Origin: Macrostomum lignano
Taxonomy: Eukaryota
NCBI GenBank assembly: GCA_002269645.1
Contig: NIVC01003535.1
Location: 1-64,000, forward strand
Direction of reading: 5' to 3'
DNA: 64,000 nucleotides
Shown: one piece after another, positions 39,718-49,989 of the stretch
How positions within the stretch are numbered: position 1 is the first letter of the stretch
Layout of the letters: each line of letters begins with the position of its first letter
The notes under the pieces: model-generated
Told to the model about the DNA's origin: nothing
The model's database searches: none
The model's input: only the letters and a program-made list of their open reading frames with translations
Translations under genes and position numbers: made by a program

Positions 39718-42596
39718 TTCCACCCAACAGTTCCACAAAGGAGCTTTGTCTATGGTCCTGACCCCTTCTATTCCGATGTTTATTCCACCAAATAGTTCCA
39801 CAAAGGAGCTTTGTCTATGGTCCTGACCCCTTCTATTCCGATGTTTATTCCACCCAACAGTTCCACAAAGGAGCTTTGTCTATGGTCCTGACCCCTTCTA
39901 TTCCGATGTTTATTCCACCCAACAGTTCCACAAAGGAGCTTTGTCTATGGTCCTGACCCCTTCTATTCCGATGTTTATTCCACCCAACAGTTCCACAAAG
40001 GAGCTTTGTCTATGGTCCTGACCCCTTCTATTCTGATGTTTATTCCACCCAACAGTTCCACAAAGGAGCTTTGTCTATGGTCCTGACCCCTTCTATTCCG
40101 ATGTTTATTCCACCCAACAGTTCCACAAAGGAGCTTTGTCTATGGTCCTGACCCCTTCTATTCCGATGTTTATTCCACTCAACAGTTCCACAAAGGAGCT
40201 TTGTCTATGGTCCTGACCCCTTCTATTCCGATGTTTATTCCACCCAACAGTTCCACAAAGGAGCTTTGTCTATGGTCCTGACCCCTTCTATTCCGATGTT
40301 TATTCCACCCAACAGTTCCACAAAGGAGCTTTGTCTATGGTCCTGACCCCTTCTATTCCGATGTTTATTCCACCCAACAGTTCACAAAGGAGCTTTGTCT
40401 ATGGTCCTGACCCCTTCTATTCCGATGTTTATTCCACCCAACAGTTCCACAAAGGAGCTTTGTCTATGGTCCTGACCCCTTCTATTCCGATGTTTATTCC
40501 ACCCAACAGTTCCACAAAGGAGCTTTGTCTATGGTCCTGACCCCTTCTATTCCGATGTTTATTCCACCCAACAGTTCCACAAAGGAGCTTTGTCTATGGT
40601 CCTGACCCCTTCTATTCCGATGTTTATTCCACCCAACAGTTCCACAAAGGAGCTTTGTCTATGGTCCTGACCCCTTCTATTCCGATGTTTATTCCACCCA
40701 ACAGTTCCACAAAGGAGCTTTGTCTATGGTCCTGGCCCCTTCTATTCCGATGTTTATTCCACCAAACAGTTCCACAAAGGAGCTTTGTCTATGGTCCTGA
40801 CCCCTTCTATTCCGATGTTTATTCCACCAAACAGTTCCACAAAGGAGCTTTGTCTATGGTCCTGGCCCCTTCTATTCCGATGTTTATTCCACCTAACAGT
40901 TCCACAAAGGAGCTTTGTCTATGGTCCTGACCCCTTCTATTCCGATGTTTATTCCACCCAACAGTTTCACAAAGGAGCTTTGTCTATGGTCCTGACCCCT
41001 TCTATTCCGATGTTTATTCCACCCAACAGTTCCACAAAGGAGCTTTGTCTATGGTCCTGGCCCCTTCTATTCTGATGTTTATTCCACCTAACAGTTCCAC
41101 AAAGGAGCTTTGTCTATGGTCCTGACCCCTTCTATTCCGATGTTTATTCCACCCAACAGTTTCACAAAGGAGCTTTGTCTATGGTCCTGACCCCTTCTAT
41201 TCCGATGTTTATTCCACCCAACAGTTCCACAAAGGAGCTTTGTCTATGGTCCTGACCCCTTCTATTCTGATGTTTATTCCACTCAACAGTTCCACAAAGG
41301 AGCTTTGTCTATGGTCCTGACCCCTTCTATTCCGATGTTTATTCCACCAAATAGTTCCACAAAGGAGCTTTGTCTATGGTCCTGACCCCTTCTATTCCGA
41401 TGTTTATTCCACCCAACAGTTCCACAAAGGAGCTTTGTCTATGGTCCTGACCCCTTCTATTCCGATGTTTATTCCACCAACAGTTCCACAAAGGAGCTTT
41501 GTCTATGGTCCTGACCCCTTCTATTCCGATGTTTATTCCACCCAACAGTTCCACAAAGGAGCTTTGTCTATGGTCCTGACCCCTTCTATTCCGATGTTTA
41601 TTCCACCCAACAGTTCCACAAAGGAGCTTTGTCTATGGTCCTGACCCCTTCTATTCCGATGTTTATTCCACCCAACAGTTCCACAAAGGAGCTTTGTCTA
41701 TGGTCCTGACCCCTTCTATTCCGATGTTTATTCCACCCAACAGTTTCACAAAGGAGCTTTGTCTATGGTCCTGACCCCTTCTATTCCGATGTTTATTCCA
41801 CCCAACAGTTCCACAAAGGAGCTTTGTCTATGGTCCTGACCCCTTCTATTCCGATGTTTATTCCACCCAACAGTTCCACAAAGGAGCTTTGTCTATGGTC
41901 CTGACCCCTTCTATTCCGATGTTTATTCCACCCAACAGTTCCACAAAGGAGCTTTGTCTATGGTCCTGACCCCTTCTATTCCGATGTTTATTCCACCCAA
42001 CAGTTCCACAAAGGAGCTTTGTCTATGGTCCTGACCCCTTCTATTCCGATGTTTATTCCACCAAATAGTTCCACAAAGGAGCTTTGTCTATGGTCCTGAC
42101 CCCTTCTATTCCGATGTTTATTCCACCCAACAGTTCCACAAAGGAGCTTTGTCTATGGTCCTGACCCCTTCTATTCCGATGTTTATTCCACCAAACAGTT
42201 CCACAAAGGAGCTTTGTCTATGGTCCTGACCCCTTCTATTCCGATGTTTATTCCACCCAACAGTTCCACAAAGGAGCTTTGTCTATGGTCCTGACCCCTT
42301 CTATTCCGATGTTTATTCCACCCAACAGTTCCACAAAGGAGCTTTGTCTATGGTCCTGACCCCTTCTATTCCGATGTTTATTCCACCCAACAGTTCCACA
42401 AAGGAGCTTTGTCTATGGTCCTGACCCCTTCTATTCCGATGTTTATTCCACCCAACAGTTCCACAAAGGAGCTTTGTCTATGGTCCTGACCCCTTCTATT
42501 CCGATGTTTATTCCACCCAACAGTTTCACAAAGGAGCTTTGTCTATGGTCCTGACCCCTTCTATTCCGATGTTTATTCCACCCAACAGTTCCACAA
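39718..42596. repeat. 65-bp tandem satellite, ~44 highly homogeneous copies
   Basis: Unit CCACCCAACAGTTCCACAAAGGAGCTTTGTCTATGGTCCTGACCCCTTCTATTCCGATGTTTATT; period 65. Confidence 0.97.
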
Positions 42597-42705
42597 GGCA
42601 TAATCTATCTAGTCGAAAATGTAGAAGATAATTTATAAAAGACAACGGATATCATGCAAACGAAAGAGTCTGTTGGAATTTTTTAACGCTTTCAGAAAAA
42701 GCAAA

Positions 42706-42827
42706 ATGCATTGACACTCTTCTATTTTTCTTTTATTTCTCACTGCAAACAATATTCGCAGTCTGCCATTTCTTGAGCACAACCACACCGACCATTTGGC
42801 TGCTGCTCGGAAGCAGTCGCTGAGAAT
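42706..42827 (+). CDS. Cys-loop anion channel subunit, putative first coding exon (in-frame TGA at codon 3)
   Basis: AAAATG at 42706; MH*HSSIFLLFLTANNIRSLPFLEHNHTDHLAAARKQSLR. The AT|GTAAGT phase-2 donor matches the phase of the exon at 44415. An alternative acceptor lies at 42761. Confidence 0.5.
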
Positions 42828-43462
42828 GTAAGTTCGTCAAGATTATCGGCGCGATTGTTTAGCGTTTCATTGATTTGTTAGAGTTACGGTTGTATCAGGA
42901 TGCAATACTGGCGCTCTACATTATGGACAAATCATTTGAAAGGCCAGATTTTCGCTTAGAAGTTGATTTTTCCAGTGTCAATAACTTCTATGGTAAAACC
43001 CTATTTGATGTCATACATTCTGCAAGAGCGCGAATATTTAAATCCTGTTCTCATACAACGGTAATTTCTAATGAGGATCCATGATTTTACGAACTCGTTT
43101 TTAACTCGCTACTAACTACTGCAAGTAGGCGATGTGGTCATCGATAGATGACTAGAACCAAAGAAAGCTTATTGTTCGAACCATAATATCAGTAGATTGT
43201 TTTGATTTATAAAAGTCGTACAAAACGAACCATTTTTTGTTTTGACTAATACATTACTGACGTCAGTACTTTATTCTCTTGCTAATAGCCTGCCATTAGT
43301 AGCTAGAATAAGAAGTGGTAGCAAAGCGCATCTGCTTACGATATATGTAGCATAAAGCATGAAAGTAGCTGTTATTTTTGTTGCTTGGCTTAGTAACAGC
43401 TCGATTTGAGAATGCTTTGTATCATACGAGCTATGTTTATTTTTAATCTGCGGAGTAGCGCT

Positions 43463-44295
43463 AAGGCTGAGTGGCATTGGTCACTCGCAGTCAGATATCG
43501 GGGGGGGGGAGAGAAGCAAGGGTGGATATAAGGCTGAGCGGCATTGGTCACTCGCAGTCAGATATCGGGGGGGGGGAAGAAGCAAGGGTGGAGATAAGGC
43601 TGAGCGGCATTGGTCACTCGCAGTCAGATATCGGGGGGAGGGGAAGAAGCAAGGGTGGAGATAAGGCTGAGCATCATTGGTCACTCGCAGTCAGATATCG
43701 GGGGGGGGGAGAGAAGCAAGGGTGGAGATAAGGCTGAGCATCATTGGTCACTCGCAGTCAGATATCGGGGGGGGGAAGAAGCAAGGGTGGAGATAAGGCT
43801 GAGCGGCATTGGTCACTCGCAGTCAGATATCGGGGGGAGGGGAAGAAGCAAGGGTGGAGATAAGGCTGAGCATCATTGGTCACTCGCAGTCAGATATCGG
43901 GGGGAGGGGAAGAAGCAAGGGTGGAGATAAGGCTGAGCGGCATTGGTCACTCGCAGTCAGATATCGGGGGGGGGAAGAAGCAAGGGTGGAGATAAGGCTG
44001 AGCGGCATTGGTCACTCGCAGTCAGATATCGGGGGGGAGGGGAAGAAGCAAGGGTGGAGATAAGGCTGAGCATCATTGGTCACTCGCAGTCAGATATCGG
44101 GGGGGGGGGGAAGAAGCAAGGGTGGAGATAAGGCTGAGCGGCATTGGTCACTCGCAGTCAGATATCGGGGGGGGGAAGAAGCAAGGGTGGAGATAAGGCT
44201 GAGCGGCATTGGTCACTCGCAGTCAGATATCGGGGGGAGGGGAAGAAGCAAGGGTGGAGATAAGGCTGAGCGGCATTGGTCACTCGCAGTCAGAT
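43463..44295. repeat. ~65-67-bp tandem minisatellite, ~12.5 copies, intronic
   Basis: Unit GGCATTGGTCACTCGCAGTCAGATATC(G)n...AAGCAAGGGTGGAGATAAGGCTGAGC; length varies in the G run. Confidence 0.95.
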
Positions 44296-44414
44296 GTCGG
44301 AGGGGAAGAGAAGCACGAATAGAGCTAAGCCTCACATCCTACTAGTGGGAAAATAATTTTGCCATCAAACTTGCAGAAGTATCGTGACTCCACGTGTTAA
44401 TCTCCTGATTTCAG

Positions 44415-44473
44415 GAAGAACATCATCGATCGTTTGCTAATAAATTACACAAGGCAAAACAGTCCTCACGGAG
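44415..44473 (+). CDS. Cys-loop ligand-gated chloride channel (GluCl/glycine receptor-like), exon
   Basis: KNIIDRLLINYTRQNSPHG (N-terminal helix); AG/GT boundaries. Confidence 0.88.
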
Positions 44474-44559
44474 GTAGGTCAAAATAACCATCTTTGAATC
44501 ATGAAAACGCATAAATGATTGCCCACGCAAACACTGGACATTCTGTATTCACTCTGCAG

Positions 44560-44627
44560 ACAAGCCAACAACAGTACACTTGGGGATTTACATCAACAGC
44601 TTTTATTCAATAAGCGAACAAACCATG
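44560..44627 (+). CDS. Cys-loop chloride channel, exon
   Basis: DKPTTVHLGIYINSFYSISEQTM. Confidence 0.93.
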
Positions 44628-44708
44628 GTAATGTACTTGTTGTCTAGCTAAATTAAACTAACCAGCTCCCAAAAACGCAACCTCATCTTGATGAACAAAA
44701 TTTTTCAG

Positions 44709-44854
44709 GACTACTCCGTGAACATCTACCTCAGACAGCAGTGGTACGATCCGAGACTCAGGTTCAATAGAAGCGAAGGTCTGGACACCAAGGACTGCGT
44801 CAAACTGGAGGACAAGATCTGGGAGAAACTCTGGGTCCCGGATGTCTTCTTTCG
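44709..44854 (+). CDS. Cys-loop chloride channel, exon (loops D and A)
   Basis: DYSVNIYLRQQWYDPRL...KLWVPDVFFR. Confidence 0.95.
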
Positions 44855-44932
44855 GTATTCTAGAAACTTCTGAGTTTCCCCGAAATCCAAACTGAGTTGA
44901 AGTTGAAGGCGCTTTTGCACGCTTATTTACAG

Positions 44933-45022
44933 AAACGAGAAAAAGGCTGACTTTCACCACGTCACCATCCCGAATCGCTTCATCAACCTTTATCCCGATG
45001 GGAAGCTGTGGTACGTCATGAA
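44933..45022 (+). CDS. Cys-loop chloride channel, exon (loop E)
   Basis: NEKKADFHHVTIPNRFINLYPDGKLWYVMK. Confidence 0.95.
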
Positions 45023-45954
45023 GTAAGTTGGCGACTGAGCAATGTGGTGTCCACCATTGTACACTATCGGAGCTGTTTGTACTCATCTAAGTGCTAATGA
45101 CCTCATCCAATCACCAGATAGTGAAAATCACTTGTCACGTTATTGGCGTTGTAATGGCTATAGCCCTCAAAAGGGCCGTTGACGAGAGTACTGACGTTAT
45201 TAGTCCCAAAAGGATGGTGAACTCAACAATGGCAGAGTAGAGTTTGTAGCGGTAGCACTTGGCAATGGCGGTATATAACAAAAGACGCCAACTGGTTTAT
45301 AATTATCAATGTTTAATGTTAATACAGAAGCTTATGGCGTTATGGGGCACTGGCGGCTGCAACAATGGGTTGATGCAATTTAGTGGTATAGATGAAAGTT
45401 GAGTAGATGATGATACTTGGGATGAAGCCGAGTAGCAAGTGATGGCTGTGAGCACAGTGATGGCAGTGAGTAACAGGTAGGCAACAGACAAAGTGGCGAG
45501 ATTGGGCGTCGGCCCGTGGCAGTATACAGTGGAGCAAGAGTGCGTAGGCAGTCTGGCCCAGACAGAGTGGAGCCGTGGCGAGAGATAAGGAGAGAGAAGG
45601 AAAGGAAGGCACGCCAAGAAAGGCAAGGACAGAAGTGAAAAAACCCCCAGCCCGCCGCCAGGCGGGGTTAATAAAGGAGCGCAGGAGGGTTAACATAATA
45701 TATGCGGAGAGTTATCATTGGCTGGCGCGGGAAAACAAGAAACAGAAATTATCGATCGCGCGAGACCCTACAGGCGTACGCAAAGCTTACAAAGTACGCA
45801 GTGATTTAGCAATTGCTACAGATTAGTTGCACGCTACTACAAGTAAACGTGAGAATACACAATTGGAAATTTTAAATGAGAAATTGTAACGAAAATTGTA
45901 GTCCAACGGCCCTTTTGCGGGACCACCTTAAACTAGCAACGTCACATCACTCCA

Positions 45955-46195
45955 ACCCACCTCATTCACACCCACCTCACTCACACCCACCTCACTCACA
46001 CCCACCTCACTCACACCCACCTCATTCACACCCACCTCACTTACACCCACCTCACTCTCACCCAACTCACTCTCACCCAACTCACTCTCACCCACCTCAC
46101 TTACACCCACCTCACTCTCACCCAACTCACTCTCACCCAACTCACTCTCAACCACCTCATTCCACACCTACTTCACTCACACCCATCTCATCCAC
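45955..46195. repeat. 15-bp intronic minisatellite (CACCCACCTCACTCA/T)
   Basis: Period 15, inside intron 45023-46447. Confidence 0.9.
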
Positions 46196-46447
46196 ACCTG
46201 GCTTCGGTAATGTACTTTAATGTACTTTAATGAACTTACTTCGGTAATATACTGTACTTTAAAGTAATGTACTTTACTCACACTCACCTCACTCCGCATC
46301 CGCCTCACTTCCGCGTATCCTAGTCGGCCTCTACTTATGGCTAAATTATCTAGTGAATAAATGACTCCAATTTATAAACTGCCGGTCCAAATTAGCATTC
46401 AAATTCAATTAAATTTTCACTCTCTCCTAACCTTCTCCACCGGACAG

Positions 46448-46530
46448 GATCTCCGCTACTCTATCCTGCATGATGCAGCTACAGAAATACCCGCTGGACA
46501 CTCAAATATGTCCAATGATGCTGGAGAGTT
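46448..46530 (+). CDS. Cys-loop chloride channel, Cys-loop exon
   Basis: ISATLSCMMQLQKYPLDTQICPMMLES, C-x13-C signature. Confidence 0.96.
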
Positions 46531-46624
46531 GTGAGCTGATTTTCACTGATATGCATGTACAGTTGCATTTGTTATTGCATAAGGCTTTCTAACCCGCTGT
46601 CACCTTTCAATATTTATCCTCCAG

Positions 46625-46824
46625 TCGGCCACACAATGCACACAGTGGTGTTCAAGTGGCTGCCAAACAAATCGGTCGAGGCCACTGATGATCTGAGCAT
46701 GCCCCAGTTTATTCTGAAAGGCTATCCGACTAAAGAATGCTCAAAGAACTATACTACGGGAAGTTATCCCTGTCTGCAGGTGGATTTCATTCTGCAGAGA
46801 GATATTGGATACTTTATCATTCAG
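46625..46824 (+). CDS. Cys-loop chloride channel, exon (loops B, F, C)
   Basis: FGHTMHTVVFKW...ECSKNYTTGSYPCLQVDFILQRDIGYFIIQ. The second disulfide is typical of GlyR/GluCl subunits. Confidence 0.96.
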
Positions 46825-46895
46825 GTAAAAAAAATTATTTAGCGCTCTAGTAATAATGTGTTCAATAATAATGAGTCATCGTCTCTTGCCGCCAG

Positions 46896-46995
46896 GTGTA
46901 CATTCCCACGGTTCTGATCGTCATTCTCAGCTGGGTGGCTTTCTGGATTAACACGGAAGCCATTCCGGCAAGAGTCAGTTTGGGTCTTCTGACAG
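46896..46995 (+). CDS. Cys-loop chloride channel, exon (M1, PAR motif, start of M2)
   Basis: [33 protein letters not shown]; PAR is the anion-selectivity motif. Confidence 0.96.
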
Positions 46996-47084
46996 GTATG
47001 GTCTGGTTACATTGCTAGTGGCTCAGTAATACTTCATCATTCCCTACAGCTACTCGAAATTAGAAGCACCTCATTTACCACCAA

Positions 47085-47490
47085 TCTCACTGCCTACTTA
47101 ACTCCGCACCCACTTCACTCCGCATCCACCTCCACGCCGCAGTCACTTAACCCCGCACCCACCTCTCTCTGCACCCACCTCACTCCGCACCCACCCCACT
47201 CTGCACCCACCTCACTCCGCACCCACCTCACTCCGCACCCACTTCACTCCGCACCCACATCACTCTGCACCCACCTCACTCCGCACCCACTTCACTCCGC
47301 ACCCACATCACTCTGCACCCACCTCACTCCGCACCCACCTCACTCCGCACCCACTTCACTCCGCACCCACATCACTCTGCACCCACCTCACTCCGCACCC
47401 ACTTCACTCCGCACCCACATCACTCTGCACCCACCTCACTCCGCACCCACTTCAATCCGCACCCACATCACTCTGCACCCACCTCACTCC
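47085..47490. repeat. 16-bp intronic minisatellite (CCGCACCCACCTCACT)
   Basis: Period 16, inside intron 46996-47629. Confidence 0.9.
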
Positions 47491-47629
47491 AAACCTGTGT
47501 ATGATTTGAAGCTCATTCTACACGTTAGGGAAAAATTATAGTGATTAAATTTATTTCAAACAGTAGTATTGAATATATATTTATAAAAAAATAAATTAAA
47601 CACCCACGTGAAACCGAATAAAAAAAAAG

Positions 47630-47901
47630 TGCTCACCATGACAACGCAATCCTCCGGAGCCGGCCAGTCGCTGCCCCGGGTGTCCTACATCAAAGCTATT
47701 GACGTCTGGATGAGTGTCTGTCTGGTGTTTGTGTTCGCATCGCTGCTGGAATTCGCCGTGGTCAATGTTTACAGTCGGCGAGACATCGGGCCAAAGAAGG
47801 CGTCTACTCGAACGCGCAGTGGCTCGGTGCCGCGGCGTTCCTTCACTTCCACATCGGCAACGCTGATTGAGTCTGGTGGACCGACTGACCAAGAAGGCAG
47901 C
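47630..47901 (+). CDS. Cys-loop chloride channel, exon (M2, M3, intracellular loop)
   Basis: [46 protein letters not shown]...; donor AGC|GTGAGT. Confidence 0.94.
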
Positions 47902-47986
47902 GTGAGTTCGAATAGAGCTTTGTAGGATGCACTTTAAAATATACAACGCAAATCGAATCAAACTTATTAACGCTCCGTTTTTTTAG

Positions 47987-48142
47987 CCGTCAGTCTGTTT
48001 GTCGCCTGGCAACGAGCTGTTCCCATTGCAGCAGATCAACAATACGGCTCGAAAGATTGATAAAATTTCGCGCAGACTTTTTCCACTCAGTTTTATAATA
48101 TTCAATGTAGTTTACTGGGTTATGTACGGCGTTGTTAAGTGA
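47987..48142 (+). CDS. Cys-loop chloride channel, last exon (M4)
   Basis: PSVCLSPGNELFPLQQINNTARKIDKISRRLFPLSFIIFNVVYWVMYGVVK*. Confidence 0.94.
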   Translation, partial: PSVCLSPGNELFPLQQINNTARKIDKISRRLFPLSFIIFNVVYWVMYGVVK

Positions 48143-48388
48143 CTAAGTTTTATCGACGTAATGCGATCTGGAGTGCATTTTGCAATGTTGCTGTAACTGA
48201 ATTTTCAAAGTGTCTTATAGAGTTTTGTGACGCGACCAGTGACGAGTGTTTCACTCTTCTTTCACGAGGGGTGTCCGGAAAGCTCTGACACACCTGAATT
48301 GAATTGATTACACCTGCCCCAATGGCCAGATGTGCAACCGACAGCTCAGTCGCAGCTTTCTATTGCGCGGCGCATCTGAAGGCTGCGT

Positions 48389-48595
48389 ACGGCTGTTCAG
48401 TCCAAGGACTGGGGGGTCGTCACACACAGCCTTAATTACCCCAGCTAATGCTGGAACCTATTTTACAGCTGGGTGAACTGAAGCAATGCAGAGTTAAGTG
48501 TCCTGCTCAAGGACTTAAATTGTTGCAGTGGGATGAATCGAACCCCAGACCTTCAAGTCGTGAGTCCGAGGCTCTAACCACTAGGCTACAACACC
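48389..48595 (-). mobile_element. tRNA-derived CORE-type SINE, copy 2
   Basis: The reverse complement aligns with 38315-38521; A box TAGCCTAGTGG is intact. Confidence 0.8.
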
Positions 48596-48811
48596 CAACT
48601 TGGCTACAACCCTTCTTCTTTTTAACAAATTAAATCTAGCATGTTTTGGTCATGCCATTCAAAGGTAATGCTTGAAGAAAACCATCGCAATACTGCAGAT
48701 TTGTGGGAATATTCCGGCCACCCCTCGATCGCATCTCAGTGCTGGAATTGCAGTTTCAACAGCAGCTTAGAGACCTCTCTTCTACTGGATACTGGAAGGC
48801 AATAACGAGTC

Positions 48812-49001
48812 CCAACTTTATTTATCGCTAGGCATGTACACTTCACTATGCCTGGCGGGTTGGTCCTCAAGGGCGTTAATTGCACGAGCAGAGCCAAGCT
48901 AAGATCCAATTTAGCCCCAAATTAGTGTGACTGCACTTGGAATCGAGCCTGGGCCGCTGGCATATCAGAGCGCCGCGCTGGACAACTGGGCTACGGCTCC
49001 C
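48812..49001 (-). mobile_element. Second tRNA-derived SINE-like family, copy 1
   Basis: The minus strand begins GGAGCCGTAGCCCAGTTG...GGCTCGATTCC (A/B-box-like); homologous to 58606-58800. Confidence 0.65.
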
Positions 49002-49686
49002 ATTCTTGTACTGCTTTTTTGATAGTTTTGGTTGTGAAATCGCGTCCTGAAAACTCTGAGTTGCATATTTGGCTGCTATTTGAGGTTGTTTTAAATAAAA
49101 ATGCGTTGCAAGACTTTATCCGTAAAAATGGTTATATAGTTTAATATCAATAGAGGTATATAATTTATCGATGTGACAATATCAACACGACTGTTTATTG
49201 CGTTAACCGTCTGAGGTTAGTATTTACTTGCTCGCGAGATCGCCCGTCTCACGGCCGCCTCTCCAGTGCTTGAGTTGTCCATGATTCGCGCTAGGCAGCC
49301 AGCGCTCTGGCGCAGCTTGTGCCTCAGAACGAATGTCCCCTCGCTGCTGTGCATTGTGAGGCTTCGCTGCTGCCGCTGCGCCATCCTGATTGGCTGTCCG
49401 ACGCTCTGGCCAATCAGATTAGGGTAGATAATCCGGCTGAATGGGTAGCGACCGTTCACTGAAGCCGCTGTAGTTACCCGCTTAACTCCAACTTGCTGAC
49501 CGACCTTATTGTTGCTGCTGTAGAATTGGCTGGTCAGCTCCTGACTTGGACCGAGGACGAGGGGAGCCGTCTGGTTCAGGGGAGGGGTGGTGGTGCGTCA
49601 GTGGGACGCTCGGAACTTCATTCAGAACATTTTGACCTTTGAGAACTGAACTGCGATTCTTGATGATAGTTTTTGGTCTGAATTTT

Positions 49687-49785
49687 GAGTGTCACTCCGA
49701 TTGCTGTGTTGTGAGTGTGGTGTATTTGGAGAGTGTCACTCCGATTGCTGTGTCGCGAGTGTGGTGTATTTGGAGAGTGTCACTT
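49687..49785. repeat. 44-bp direct tandem repeat, ~2.2 copies
   Basis: GAGTGTCACT... at 49687, 49731 and 49775. Confidence 0.85.
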
Positions 49786-49989
49786 CGAGTACTGTGGTCT
49801 ACGCTCAAATGAGTAGTTGGAATGAGTCACTCCGTACTTTTACGTGACAATGTGTACTGCATAGTGTCATTGTCGATTTCTATGATGTGATAGTGTGCTA
49901 CTTTTGTGGGCAGTAGGATTAGATTGAATTACCAATTTTACTCTGATTTCAGAGCATGTGTAATCGCCACAAAGCCATCCGCCACTTAC

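Noticed and set aside
39718-42596. CRISPR-like appearance of the 65-bp, 67-bp, 29-bp and 17-bp arrays
   Set aside because: The units are contiguous with no unique spacers, there are no cas genes, and the context is eukaryotic.
42875-43084. 69-aa ORF in the channel gene's first intron
   Set aside because: No ATG at its start, no recognisable motif, and no fitting splice sites.
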